From Bacillota bacterium (GTDB lineage: Bacteria; Bacillota; Sulfobacillia; JAJZYS01; JAJZLH01): a DNA stretch of 64,000 bases. Position numbers and translations under genes: made by a program. A model generated the notes under the pieces. The model was not told the DNA's origin. It ran no database searches and saw only the letters and a program-made list of their open reading frames with translations. Positions 10,318 through 19,421 of the stretch are shown here, one piece after another. The stretch lies in the NCBI GenBank assembly GCA_021827745.1, contig JAKAUI010000045.1, positions 33,563-97,562 of the forward strand. The letters run 5' to 3'. Each line of letters opens with the position of its first letter. Positions within the stretch are counted from its first letter, which is position 1.

Positions 10318-11100
10318 CTAGTCGCTTCGGTCGGCGAATTCGCGCATCACCGTCTGGTAGGTGGACGGATACTCCGCCTGATAGCGCAGGTAGTTCGGCA
10401 CCGGGTAGCGGACGCCGCCTTGGTGGCAGCCGGCCAGCCCGAGAACGAACTCGTCCAGCTGGGCGAAGGGCAGCGAAAATGCCATCTCATGGTCCTGAGT
10501 CTGACCGAAGACGCGGTCCCCGTAGCAGGGCAGGATCACCTGCGGCTCACCGGTCAGTCTGGTCCGATTGATGATCTCGGCGCAGTCCGCCCGGGCGCTG
10601 AAGGTCGAGGTCAGGGCCCCGCCCTTGCCGAACAGGGATGCCGCCACCGCCACCATGATCTGGGCCGAGTTGCCGTAGATCGCCACCACCTCCGGCGTGA
10701 AGGTGGCCCGGGCCAGCGGGGCGATCAGGATGGTGCCCGAAGCCTCCGGCTCAATGCCCGCCACCGCCGCCTCAGTCCGCTTGGCCGCAGCCTGGTCCTT
10801 GGCGTACATGCCCTCGGCCAGTCTGCCCGATGCGTAGGTGGCGGTCGGCGTCTCAAACCCGAAGGCCACCTGGGCGATCGGGCAGGAGAGATCGTCTGCG
10901 TCCATCGCCATCGTCCACCCGTAGCGCCGGGCGATCGACACGCCCTGGCAGACGGAGAGCGAGACCCCGAGGTCCCGTTTCGGCCGCCTGGCCTTCTCCG
11001 GGATCTTCTTGGGGTCGCCCTCGACGGCAATAGCCAGGGGAAAGGTGTCGGTCCGCAGGTAGCGCTCGATGGCCTGGGTCGCTTCCTCCAAAGACGGCAT
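10318..11100 (-). CDS. DUF169-family protein
   Basis: 260 aa resembling the uncharacterised DUF169/COG2043 family. The family call is made from memory of the family profile. Confidence 0.5.
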   Translation of the reverse strand: MPSLEEATQAIERYLRTDTFPLAIAVEGDPKKIPEKARRPKRDLGVSLSVCQGVSIARRYGWTMAMDADDLSCPIAQVAFGFETPTATYASGRLAEGMYAKDQAAAKRTEAAVAGIEPEASGTILIAPLARATFTPEVVAIYGNSAQIMVAVAASLFGKGGALTSTFSARADCAEIINRTRLTGEPQVILPCYGDRVFGQTQDHEMAFSLPFAQLDEFVLGLAGCHQGGVRYPVPNYLRYQAEYPSTYQTVMREFADRSD

Positions 11101-11133
11101 GACAACTACCTCCCAGGTCTGTACGGGACAGTC

Positions 11134-11164
11134 AAAAGGGCCTTCGCAGATGCGAAGGCCCTTT
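11134..11164 (-). terminator. Terminator hairpin downstream of the iscA-like gene
   Basis: Palindrome AAAAGGGCCTTCGCAGATGCGAAGGCCCTTT, followed by UUUUG on the minus strand. It could work in either direction. Confidence 0.55.
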
Positions 11165-11190
11165 CCTTGTCGTGTGGGCTGCTGATCCGT

Positions 11191-11541
11191 TCAGCAGTGG
11201 GACGAGACGGCCTTCTCCTGGTCGGTGGTGAAGGAGTGTCCGCAGCCACAGGTCTTGACCGCGTTCGGGTTTTCGATCGTGAAGCCGCTGCCGGACAGTT
11301 CGTCGATGAAGTCGATGGTGGCACCGTTCAAGATGGGCATGCTCTCCGGATCCACCAGCACCTGAACGCCGCCGACCTCGGCCACCGCATCGTCCGCAGT
11401 GCGCTCGTCAAAGGCCATCCCATAGGAATAGCCGGCGCAGCCGCCGCCGGTCACGAAGACGCGCAGCCCCTTGCCTGCTCCGCCCTGCTCCGTCATCAGA
11501 TCCCTGACCTTTTCCGCGGCCTTGTCGGTAATCGTTACCAT
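11191..11541 (-). CDS. Fe-S cluster insertion protein, HesB/IscA/ErpA family
   Basis: 116 aa with the A-type carrier motif (GGGCAGYSY...CGCGHSF) plus a short Cys-containing C-terminal extension. Confidence 0.8.
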   Translation of the reverse strand: MVTITDKAAEKVRDLMTEQGGAGKGLRVFVTGGGCAGYSYGMAFDERTADDAVAEVGGVQVLVDPESMPILNGATIDFIDELSGSGFTIENPNAVKTCGCGHSFTTDQEKAVSSHC

Positions 11542-11603
11542 CGATTGGCCTCCTCACATCCGGCGCAAACTGCAACGGCACGAGTATACCACAGACGTCG
11601 GAG

Positions 11604-12353
11604 TCAATCTCCAGGGCCAAGTGCCGGGCACAGCTCCGCCAGGCTGCTGAAGAAGCCGCTTGCACCCATCAGCTGCCGGGCCGCCATCGCCACGCCGGCG
11701 CCGTACGCCTGGCGAGAGGTGACCTCGTGAATCACCGAAATCACCTCGCCGGGTCCTCCGGCCCACGCCTCCTGTCGGGCCACCAGGCCCTCGAGCCGCA
11801 GGGAATGCACGGCTGCCTCCACGCCCAGGGCCTCCAGCGCCGACATCAGGTCCTTGGCCGTGCCCGAGGGGGCGTCTCGCTTGGTGCGATGGTGTCCCTC
11901 CACCACCTCGACCCGGCCGTAGCGGCGGCCCAGTTCGAGGGCCATCCGCCGTTGCAGGGCGGCACCGATCGAAAAGTTGGGGATCACGGCCATCGCCAGA
12001 TTGCGCCGACTCGCCTCGCTCGCCAGCAGCGACACGGATCTCGCATCGAGTCCGCTCGTCCCGATCAACAGGCGCAGATCACGGGCCAAGGCCTCCATCG
12101 CCAAGGACACAGCCGCCTCGGCAAGGGTGAAGTCGAGGTAGATGTCGGCCTCGGCTGCGACCTGGGAGACGCTGCCACTGATCGCCACCCCAGCGAGCGA
12201 GGGCACGGAGAGCACGGCACCGAGGTCCCTCCCCGCCTGGAGGCGACCGACGGCGCCGATCACCTGAAGATCCCCCTGAGCGGCGAGGTAGCGCACCACC
12301 TCAGCGCCGGTCTTGCCGGTCGCCCCGCCGACGATCAGCCGGATGACGCTCAT
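11604..12353 (-). CDS. dapB: 4-hydroxy-tetrahydrodipicolinate reductase
   Basis: 249 aa with a Rossmann N-terminus (GATGKTG) and the DapB signature EGHHRTKRDAPSGTA. Confidence 0.85.
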   Translation of the reverse strand: MSVIRLIVGGATGKTGAEVVRYLAAQGDLQVIGAVGRLQAGRDLGAVLSVPSLAGVAISGSVSQVAAEADIYLDFTLAEAAVSLAMEALARDLRLLIGTSGLDARSVSLLASEASRRNLAMAVIPNFSIGAALQRRMALELGRRYGRVEVVEGHHRTKRDAPSGTAKDLMSALEALGVEAAVHSLRLEGLVARQEAWAGGPGEVISVIHEVTSRQAYGAGVAMAARQLMGASGFFSSLAELCPALGPGD

Positions 12354-12360
12354 CTCGGTC

Positions 12361-12684
12361 TTAGGACCGAAGCAGGCTTTCCAGCTTGAGTGCGGTGCCG
12401 AGGTCGCCCTCGACCCGAATCCGGCCGCTCATGAACAGGGCCATGCCCGAAGTCTGGCCGCCGGCCAGGGACACGAAGTCGTCGCTGCTGAGCGACACCT
12501 CGGCGCTGGCTGGCTGATCGGACGCCTCGGTCAAGGTGGCCTGACCGGAGCCGATGGCCAGGTCAAAGTTTCCCCCGCCCTCGCCACTGAGGCGCAGGCG
12601 ATAGCGCACCTCCAGACCCGACATCAGCTCAGGGCGTCCGTTCAGACGGTTCACCAGTTCGTTCAGAGTCTCTTGCGCTGCCAT
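12361..12684 (-). CDS. SCP2 sterol-carrier-like domain protein
   Basis: 107 aa with an SCP-2 fold signature (FMSGRIRVEGDLGTALKL). Confidence 0.6.
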   Translation of the reverse strand: MAAQETLNELVNRLNGRPELMSGLEVRYRLRLSGEGGGNFDLAIGSGQATLTEASDQPASAEVSLSSDDFVSLAGGQTSGMALFMSGRIRVEGDLGTALKLESLLRS

Positions 12685-12720
12685 CTTGGGTGCTCCTCTC
12701 TGCTGTTGATCTCTCGGGAC

Positions 12721-13545
12721 TTAGCCGATGCGTCGGCTGATCAGGGCCAAAAGTTCGCCGTGCACCGCCGCGCTTCCCGCCACCACCGTCACCGCGCTGT
12801 GCAGATCGTCGAGCGCCACCTGCCAGGGCTGGCCGAGGTGGTCTGAGACGACTCCGCCTGCTGCCCGCACCACCACGGCGGCAGCCAGCACATCGAACAG
12901 GCGGTGCACGGGATAGGTCTGGCCCAGCCCGACGTAGCCACCGGCCCTGCCGTCTGCCACGGCCGCCAGCGACCAAGACGGGCAGGCAAAGAGGCGGATG
13001 CCCCGGCTGGCGCCGACCACGTCGATCAGCACTTGTTGGGCGAAGGCCTCCCGGATCGGGCCGTAGGTGATGACGCTGTCGGCCAGAGCGCGTTTGGGAC
13101 AGCGGATGGGCTGGCCGTTGAAGAAGGCCGCCTCGGCACCTTTGGCGCTGTAGGTCTCATGCGTCGCCAGGTTTCTCACCACAGCGGCCTGGGCCTGGCC
13201 GCGGCGAAAGGCGACCAGGGCGGTGGTGTAGATCGGCAGGCCCAAGGTGGCGTTCGTGGTGGAGTCCACCGGATCGCAGAGCACCACCAAGGGATCGTCC
13301 CCCTCGACCAGGGTGAGCGTCCCCCGCTCCTCAGAGATGACGCGAAGCGGCATGTCAACAGCGCTCAAGGCGTCGAGCACGGCCTGCTCGGCGGCCCGGT
13401 CGACGGCGGTGGTGGGCTCGCCGTCTGCGCCATCCGCCACCTTGGCCGCCCGCTCGCTGACCGCCAGCTGTCCGACGGCCCGATCAGCAGCCTGGGCGGC
13501 TAAAAGCAGCAGGGAATGGGCGCGCTCCTCCAGACCCTCGCTCAA
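12721..13545 (-). CDS. Inositol monophosphatase / FBPase family phosphatase
   Basis: 274 aa with IMPase-family motifs (DPVDSTTN, metal-binding EE...DP). Confidence 0.7.
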   Translation of the reverse strand: MSEGLEERAHSLLLLAAQAADRAVGQLAVSERAAKVADGADGEPTTAVDRAAEQAVLDALSAVDMPLRVISEERGTLTLVEGDDPLVVLCDPVDSTTNATLGLPIYTTALVAFRRGQAQAAVVRNLATHETYSAKGAEAAFFNGQPIRCPKRALADSVITYGPIREAFAQQVLIDVVGASRGIRLFACPSWSLAAVADGRAGGYVGLGQTYPVHRLFDVLAAAVVVRAAGGVVSDHLGQPWQVALDDLHSAVTVVAGSAAVHGELLALISRRIG

Positions 13546-14714
13546 CCTACAAGCGGCGATTCCTGCGCCGCATGCAGGTCCAGGACATGACGGGCGATCA
13601 GCATGCGCTGCACCTCGGAAGTCCCCTCATAGATCTCCGTGATCTTGGCGTCGCGCATCAGCCGCTCGGCGGGATACTCGTTGGTGAAGCCATAGCCGCC
13701 CAGAATCTGCACACCCTTCACTGTGCCGCGCATGGCCGCCTCCGACGCGAACAGCTTGGCCATCGAGATGGCCGCCGCAGCGCGCTCGCCCCGTCCGTGC
13801 AGCCAGGCGGCCCGGTAGGTCAAGAGCCGGGCCGCCTGGACGTCTGTTTCCATGTCCGCCAGCATCCACTGGATGGCCTGGTGCTCTCCGATCTTCTGGC
13901 CAAACTGCTCCCTGCTCAGGGCGTAGGAAGTCGCCGTGTCGATGGCGCCCTGGAGGATGCCGACGGCCTGGGCGGCGATGCCGACGCGGCCGCCCTGAAG
14001 CGTGAGCAGAGCGATCTTGTAGCCGTCTCCTTCGGCCCCCAACCGGCGGTCGTCTGGCACCATCACCTGGTCGAGCACGACGTCGCAGGTGGCGCTGGCT
14101 CGGATGCCGAGCTTCTCCAAGAGCGGCCCGAAGCTGACCCCTGGCATGTCCTTGTCCACGACGAAGGCGCTGAGGCCGCGCTTGCCCTTGTCCTTGTCGG
14201 TCACGGCGTACACCACGTAGCGATGGGCCATCGACCCGTTGGTGACGAACACCTTGCGCCCAGTCAGCTCGTACCCGCCGGCCACCCGCTTGGCCACGGT
14301 CAGCAAATTGGCGGCGTCGGAGCCAGCCTGCGGCTCGGTCAGGCAGTATGCGCCCAGCACCTCTCCCCTGCAGAGCGGCGGCAAGAAACGCTCACGCTGC
14401 TCAGGCGAGCCGTTTTTCCAGATGCACTCTGCGTGCAGGCTGTTTTGCACATCTAAGATCACGGCGGTGGTGGCGTCGGTCCGGGCCAGTTCCTCCAGGG
14501 TGATGGCGTAGCTGATGTAGTCGAATCCGGCGCCGCCGTATTCGGCCGGAAGATGCATACCGAAATATCCCTGCTCGGCCATCAGCTGCACCGAGTCCCA
14601 CGGGAACTCGCCGCTGCGGTCCCGTTGAGCCGCCCTCGGCCGAATCACCTCCTGGGCCAGTTGGTGGACGGCCTGCCGGATCGCCTCTTGCTCGTCGGTC
14701 AGCTGGAAGTCCAC
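13542..14714 (-). CDS. Acyl-CoA dehydrogenase (short/branched-chain type)
   Basis: 390 aa with ACAD N-terminal, middle and C-terminal regions (YGGAGFDY, C-terminal catalytic region). Confidence 0.85.
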   Translation of the reverse strand: MDFQLTDEQEAIRQAVHQLAQEVIRPRAAQRDRSGEFPWDSVQLMAEQGYFGMHLPAEYGGAGFDYISYAITLEELARTDATTAVILDVQNSLHAECIWKNGSPEQRERFLPPLCRGEVLGAYCLTEPQAGSDAANLLTVAKRVAGGYELTGRKVFVTNGSMAHRYVVYAVTDKDKGKRGLSAFVVDKDMPGVSFGPLLEKLGIRASATCDVVLDQVMVPDDRRLGAEGDGYKIALLTLQGGRVGIAAQAVGILQGAIDTATSYALSREQFGQKIGEHQAIQWMLADMETDVQAARLLTYRAAWLHGRGERAAAAISMAKLFASEAAMRGTVKGVQILGGYGFTNEYPAERLMRDAKITEIYEGTSEVQRMLIARHVLDLHAAQESPLVG

Positions 14715-14720
14715 GGTGTC

Positions 14721-15656
14721 CTACGCCTCCTCAATTGTTGGTCGCAATAGCTCTCGAGCCGCTCCCTCCGGGTCCAGGCGCCGAGCGGCGATCTGCTCGA
14801 CGGCCGCCTCCCAGTGGCCAGGCCCGGCGGAGCTCTTGATCTTCGCCACCACCAGCTCGGCCAGCGCCTCGCCAAGCCGCCGGTCGGCCTGCTGCAGGCG
14901 GCGGCTGTGCTGGAGCATCCGTTCCTCGGGGTTCCGGCCAAAGGCGTCGATCGCCGCCAAAAGGGCGTCGATCCCCTCTCCCTGTGTGGCGATGGTCTTC
15001 GTGATCGGCACCAGGGCCCGCTCCTTGTCGACGAGGCTCAACATGGAGCGAATCTCGCGCACCGTCAGGTCGGCGCCGGGCAGGTCGGCCTTGTTCACGA
15101 CGAACAGGTCGCCGATCTCCAAGATGCCGGCCTTGTTGGCCTGGATGTCATCGCCCAGCCCGGGCATCAGCACGACCACGGTCAGATCGGCGTGGCTCAT
15201 GATCTCCACCTCGCTCTGGCCGGCACCGACCGTCTCCACCAGAACCAGGTCGTGGCCGGCGGCCGCCATCAGGGCGATCGCCCCGCCCAGAGCCCGATTG
15301 ACGCCGCCCAGATGGCCGCGGGTGGCAAGCGAGCGGATGAAGACCCTAGGGTCAGGGTCATCCATCCGGATGCGGTCGCCGAGCAGGGCGCCGCCGGAGA
15401 AGGGGGAGCTGGGGTCGATGGCCAGCACGCCGACCCGCCGTCCGGCCTTGGCATAGGCCCGGGCCAGGCCGTCGACCAGGGTGGACTTGCCGACGCCAGG
15501 AGCTCCGGTCAGGCCGACGACCAGGCTGGCCGCCGTATATTGCCAGAGGTCAGCCAGCAGCCTGTGGGCGTCTTCGCTCTGCGATTCGACCAGGCTGATC
15601 GCACGGGCCAGCGCCCGCCGGTCTCCCGAGCGGACGGCCAGAGCGAGTTCGGTCAT
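14721..15656 (-). CDS. meaB: Methylmalonyl-CoA mutase accessory GTPase MeaB/ArgK
   Basis: 311 aa with a P-loop (GAPGVGKST) and G4 (NKAD), matching MeaB family architecture. Confidence 0.85.
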   Translation of the reverse strand: MTELALAVRSGDRRALARAISLVESQSEDAHRLLADLWQYTAASLVVGLTGAPGVGKSTLVDGLARAYAKAGRRVGVLAIDPSSPFSGGALLGDRIRMDDPDPRVFIRSLATRGHLGGVNRALGGAIALMAAAGHDLVLVETVGAGQSEVEIMSHADLTVVVLMPGLGDDIQANKAGILEIGDLFVVNKADLPGADLTVREIRSMLSLVDKERALVPITKTIATQGEGIDALLAAIDAFGRNPEERMLQHSRRLQQADRRLGEALAELVVAKIKSSAGPGHWEAAVEQIAARRLDPEGAARELLRPTIEEA

Positions 15657-16060
15657 CGGCTGCGAACGTGGTCCCGAGTGAAGTCGACGATCTCCTGGGT
15701 CGGCGTGCCCGGGCCGAAGACGGCCTTGACCCCCAGCTCCCGAAGGCGGGCCGCATCGTCTTCCGGGATGATGCCGCCGACCACCACCATCACGTCATTC
15801 AGCCCTTCTTGGCGCAGACGGTCGATGACCCTGGGGACGAGCGTGTTGTGGGCGCCGGACAAGATGGAGAGCCCGACCACATCCACGTCCTCCTGCAGGG
15901 CGGCCTCCACAATCTGCTCCGGCGTCTGGTGCAGTCCGGTGTAGATCACTTCCATCCCGGCGTCGCGATAGGCCCGGGCCACCACCTTGGCTCCACGGTC
16001 GTGGCCATCGAGCCCTGGCTTGGCGACCAGCACCCGGATCTTGCGCTGCAACACGTCCAT
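15653..16060 (-). CDS. B12-binding domain protein (acyl-CoA mutase small subunit)
   Basis: 135 aa with a cobalamin-binding motif (DGHDRG ... GGIIP), typical of the small subunit of isobutyryl- or methylmalonyl-CoA mutases. No large subunit is adjacent. Confidence 0.8.
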   Translation of the reverse strand: MDVLQRKIRVLVAKPGLDGHDRGAKVVARAYRDAGMEVIYTGLHQTPEQIVEAALQEDVDVVGLSILSGAHNTLVPRVIDRLRQEGLNDVMVVVGGIIPEDDAARLRELGVKAVFGPGTPTQEIVDFTRDHVRSR

Positions 16061-16112
16061 TCCTCGCCGTTCCTCCGATCGTCCGGGTCCGAACCAACCT
16101 GAGGTCGTGCCG

Positions 16113-16325
16113 TCAGGTCTTCGGCACCCGCTTCAGGGTGATCACCACATCTTTGTTCCAAACCGTCTCTGACAGCTGCTTGAAGTACTCGTGGACGCCT
16201 GGCGGCGTCACGTCCTGGCTCTCCACGTCGGTGATGTCGGTGTCGCACTCCGGGCACTCCCACTTGGGCAGGCGGCTGGCTGAATAGGCCCAGCTGGAAC
16301 ACTGCGGGCAGAGCTTGTAGGGCAA
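16113..16325 (-). CDS. Hypothetical zinc-ribbon protein
   Basis: 70 aa with CPQC...CPEC, in the gap between ispH and the B12-binding gene. Confidence 0.35.
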   Translation of the reverse strand: MPYKLCPQCSSWAYSASRLPKWECPECDTDITDVESQDVTPPGVHEYFKQLSETVWNKDVVITLKRVPKT

Positions 16326-16349
16326 AGGGCCTCCTCCTTCCCTGGGGCC

Positions 16350-17246
16350 TTAGTGTGAAACCGCCACCGGGTCTGGCCGATACGCCTCCAGGAACTCGAT
16401 CACCTGGCGGGTGAGCTGGCTCGGCGTTGAGCTGCCGGCAGTCACGCCGACCGTCTTCTTGCCGACAAGCCACCTGGGATCGATGTCGTCCACTGTCCCG
16501 ACCAGATAGGCCGGCCGGTGCGCCACCTCCTGCACCACCTGGACCAGCCGGTTGGAGTTGTTCGAGCGCTCGTCCCCGACCACGACCACGAGGTCGCACT
16601 GGTCGGCCTGGGTGACGGCCGCCTCCTGGCGCAGCTGGGTGGCGAGGCAGATCTCATTGTGCACCTCAGCCTCGGGAAACATCGTCTTCAGCCGGTCGAT
16701 CAGGGCCGCCGTGTCCCAGCGGCTGAGCGTCGTCTGGGTGACGATCGCCACCGGAGACCCCTTCGGAACCTTGAGGTCGGCGAGGTCGTCTTCGGTCTCC
16801 ACCAGCTGCACCCGTCCGGCGGGTGCCTCGCCCATCGCCCCCTCCGGTTCGGGGTGGCCCTTCTTGCCGATATAGATGATGGCCGACCCGGCCGCGACCA
16901 GCTGGCCGATCAGGTCATGAGTGCGGGTCACATCCGGACAGGTGGCGTCCAGCACGTTCAGGCCGCGGGCGCGGGCCCGCTCCTTGACCGCCGGCGAGAC
17001 ACCATGAGCGGTAAAGATCACGGTGCCGGAGGGCACTTGCTCGAGCAGCCCCAGCCGCTCTGGTCCGTCCAGATGGACGACGCCCCACTTGTCCAGTTCA
17101 GCCACGGCGTGGCGATTGTGCACGATCAGGCCGAGCACGTGGATCGGCCGCGGCATGGCCGGGTCCTGAGCGGCCCTCCGGACCATGGTCATGGCGTCTA
17201 CCACGCCGTAGCAGTATCCGCGCGGGGTGATGCGGATCACCTGCAT
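16350..17246 (-). CDS. ispH: 4-hydroxy-3-methylbut-2-enyl diphosphate reductase
   Basis: 298 aa with IspH/LytB conserved Cys and His residues (CYGV, ATCP, TQTT). Confidence 0.9.
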   Translation of the reverse strand: MQVIRITPRGYCYGVVDAMTMVRRAAQDPAMPRPIHVLGLIVHNRHAVAELDKWGVVHLDGPERLGLLEQVPSGTVIFTAHGVSPAVKERARARGLNVLDATCPDVTRTHDLIGQLVAAGSAIIYIGKKGHPEPEGAMGEAPAGRVQLVETEDDLADLKVPKGSPVAIVTQTTLSRWDTAALIDRLKTMFPEAEVHNEICLATQLRQEAAVTQADQCDLVVVVGDERSNNSNRLVQVVQEVAHRPAYLVGTVDDIDPRWLVGKKTVGVTAGSSTPSQLTRQVIEFLEAYRPDPVAVSH

Positions 17247-17271
17247 GCCGACATCTCCTTACGCCCTTATC

Positions 17272-18264
17272 TTACCTGCCGCCCAGCCAGCGTGCCACTT
17301 CCTGGGCGAAGTAGCTGATGGTCAGGTGGGCGCCTGCGCGCTGAATGGCGGTCAAGGACTCTAAGATGGCGTCCTTGCGGTTCAGCCAGCCGCGCTCGGC
17401 CGCCGCCTCGATCATGGCCGCCTCGCCCGACACCTGGTAGGCGACGATCGGCAAGAGGGTCAGGCGGCGCGCCCTCGCGATCAGGTCGAGCGCGGTGATC
17501 GCCGGCTTGACGATGATCAGGTCGGCGCCTTCCTCTTGGTCGGCCAGGATCTCGCGCATCGCCTCTTGGCCATTGGCCGGATCCATCTGATAGGTGCGGC
17601 GGTCACCGAAGGCGGGCGTCGACTGCGCCGCCTCCCGAAACGGACCGTAGAACGCCGATGCGTGTTTGGCCGCGTAGCTCATGATGGCGGTGTCGGTGAA
17701 CCCGACCTGGTCCAGGTGGCGACGGATCGCCAATACCCGGCCGTCCATCATGTCGGACGGAGCGACGATCTCAGCGCCGGCCTCGGCGTGGACCAGCGCC
17801 ATCTTCGACAGCTGTGCCAGGGTGCGGTCATTGTCGATCCGGCCTGCCTCGTCGATCAGCCCGCAATGCCCGTGGTCGGTGTACTCGCACAGGCAGACGT
17901 CGGTGATCACCACGGTCTCGGGAGATCTTTGCCGGATCAGGCGGCAGGCCTCCGGCACCGGCCCCTTCTCGTCCAGGCCGCTTGAGCCGATCGCGTCCTT
18001 GGACGCTGGCAGCCCAAAGAGCAAGACGGCGCCCACGCCGACTTCGGCAGCCCGCAGCGCCTCTTCGGCGGCCTGATCCGGACTGAGGTGGAACTGGCCA
18101 GGCAGGGTGGAGATGGCTTCACGCACCCCGACGCCTGGACAGACGAACAGGGGCTGAATCAGGCTCTTTGCGTCCAGCCTGGTCTCCCGGACCAGCCGGC
18201 GCAGGGCCGGACGCTGGCGCAGCCGACGGCCGCGTAGGAATTCTCCGGTCGTTTCAGTGATCAC
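17272..18264 (-). CDS. hemB: Porphobilinogen synthase (ALA dehydratase)
   Basis: HemB motifs and an active-site Lys region. The track ORF over-extends its N-terminus. A GTG at 18264 overlapping the hemD TGA (GTGA) gives MITETTGEFLRGRRLR, which matches HemB N-termini. Confidence 0.9.
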   Translation of the reverse strand: MITETTGEFLRGRRLRQRPALRRLVRETRLDAKSLIQPLFVCPGVGVREAISTLPGQFHLSPDQAAEEALRAAEVGVGAVLLFGLPASKDAIGSSGLDEKGPVPEACRLIRQRSPETVVITDVCLCEYTDHGHCGLIDEAGRIDNDRTLAQLSKMALVHAEAGAEIVAPSDMMDGRVLAIRRHLDQVGFTDTAIMSYAAKHASAFYGPFREAAQSTPAFGDRRTYQMDPANGQEAMREILADQEEGADLIIVKPAITALDLIARARRLTLLPIVAYQVSGEAAMIEAAAERGWLNRKDAILESLTAIQRAGAHLTISYFAQEVARWLGGR

Positions 18265-19421
18265 ATCCACCGCACCCTGCCTCCTTGCGCCACCAGGCAC
18301 CGGACCAGCTCCTCTGCAGTGGGCCGGGCTGCCTCCGCGGCGACCTGCAATCCACATTCTCGCGCTGTGCGGGCCGTTTGCGGGCCGATCACCGCCACCT
18401 GGAGACGACTTCGCTGCGCTTCGTCCAGGGCCAGGGCCAGGACCTCAGCCGCCCGCCCATCGAAGATAAGGGCCCAGGGCCGCTCGCTTTGCCGCACCAA
18501 GGGACCGAGCGGTTTCAGGGCCGGGCCCGGCGCCGGGATCAGCCGGTGCGTTGCGACCTCTGTCACCTCGAGCCCCTGGCTGCTCAGGGCGACCAGCACA
18601 TCGCGAGGCGCATCCTCCGCCCTGAGCACCGCCACCCGGCCGCCCGACCTGATCTGCCTGCCGAGCTCTGCCGCCAGGGAGAGGGCGCCCTCTTCGCCTA
18701 TGAGTTGAACGGCGACCCCGCCTCGCCCGAGGGCCAGCGCTGTCTTCGGACCGACGGCGGCCACCTGGGCCGGCCCCACCCGCAAGATGGCCGCCGCCGC
18801 CGTGATCGCCGCCTGGGCACTGGTCACCAGCACGCCGTCCCACGCTCCGCTCTCTGACCAAGCCGCCAGGGCGTCTCGGTCACGAGCAGGCGCGAAGCGC
18901 CACATCGGACAACTGAGCGTGCGAGCCCCCAGCTGGTTCAGGGTGCGGACGACGGCCCTTGCCCGCTCCGGTGAGCGCATCACCAGCACATCCGTCCTGG
19001 CAAGCGGCCCCGTCCGTTCGGGCTCTAGGGCGGCCTGCAGCTGGCCTTCTTCGACCGCATAGGGGCGGCCCGGCTGAAGCCAGAGCCCATCTTCGGCGGC
19101 CAGCGCCAGGGCGGCAAAGGGGTCTGGGACCACCCGGGTCGACCACTCCGCTGATGCCAGCCGCCAAAACGGCCGCCGATGCTCGGCAATCGGGTTGCCA
19201 CTGGCGTAGATGACCTGGGGCTGTGCTCGTGACCACCCCCCCAGCTCCGGCACCGCCGCGAAGCGGTGGGCCCCGCTTGGCAGATCGGCCCCAGAGAGCC
19301 CCTCTTCCACCCAGATCTCAGCCCCTCGTTCCGGCCGTCGCATCTCCCAAGGAGCCGGCTCCCATCCAGGCGTGGCGCCGATCCAGCTCAGACGGGTCAC
19401 GTCAGCTCGAACCCAGTGCAC
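18261..19421 (-). CDS. hemD: Uroporphyrinogen-III synthase (with N-terminal extension of unknown function)
   Basis: The C-terminal ~240 aa align to HemD (LVMRSPERA..., VLVTSAQA, AAVGPKTA). An extra ~147-aa N-terminal region has no recognisable domain. Confidence 0.65.
   Translation of the reverse strand: MHWVRADVTRLSWIGATPGWEPAPWEMRRPERGAEIWVEEGLSGADLPSGAHRFAAVPELGGWSRAQPQVIYASGNPIAEHRRPFWRLASAEWSTRVVPDPFAALALAAEDGLWLQPGRPYAVEEGQLQAALEPERTGPLARTDVLVMRSPERARAVVRTLNQLGARTLSCPMWRFAPARDRDALAAWSESGAWDGVLVTSAQAAITAAAAILRVGPAQVAAVGPKTALALGRGGVAVQLIGEEGALSLAAELGRQIRSGGRVAVLRAEDAPRDVLVALSSQGLEVTEVATHRLIPAPGPALKPLGPLVRQSERPWALIFDGRAAEVLALALDEAQRSRLQVAVIGPQTARTARECGLQVAAEAARPTAEELVRCLVAQGGRVRWM

Noticed and set aside
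10219-11730. Long ORFs in the track that are antisense or out of frame relative to strong homology-supported genes. Examples are 10219-11730 (+), 14814-15944 (+), 23617-25179 (-), 24234-25670 (+), 31330-33042 (+), 51389-53236 (+), 19266-19970 (+), and many Arg/Pro/Gly-rich ORFs of 60-250 aa.
   Set aside because: Their low-complexity RPGA-rich translations have no recognisable domains. They are the expected shadow ORFs of a high-GC genome in which stop codons are rare, and every one overlaps a confidently assigned gene on the other strand or frame.
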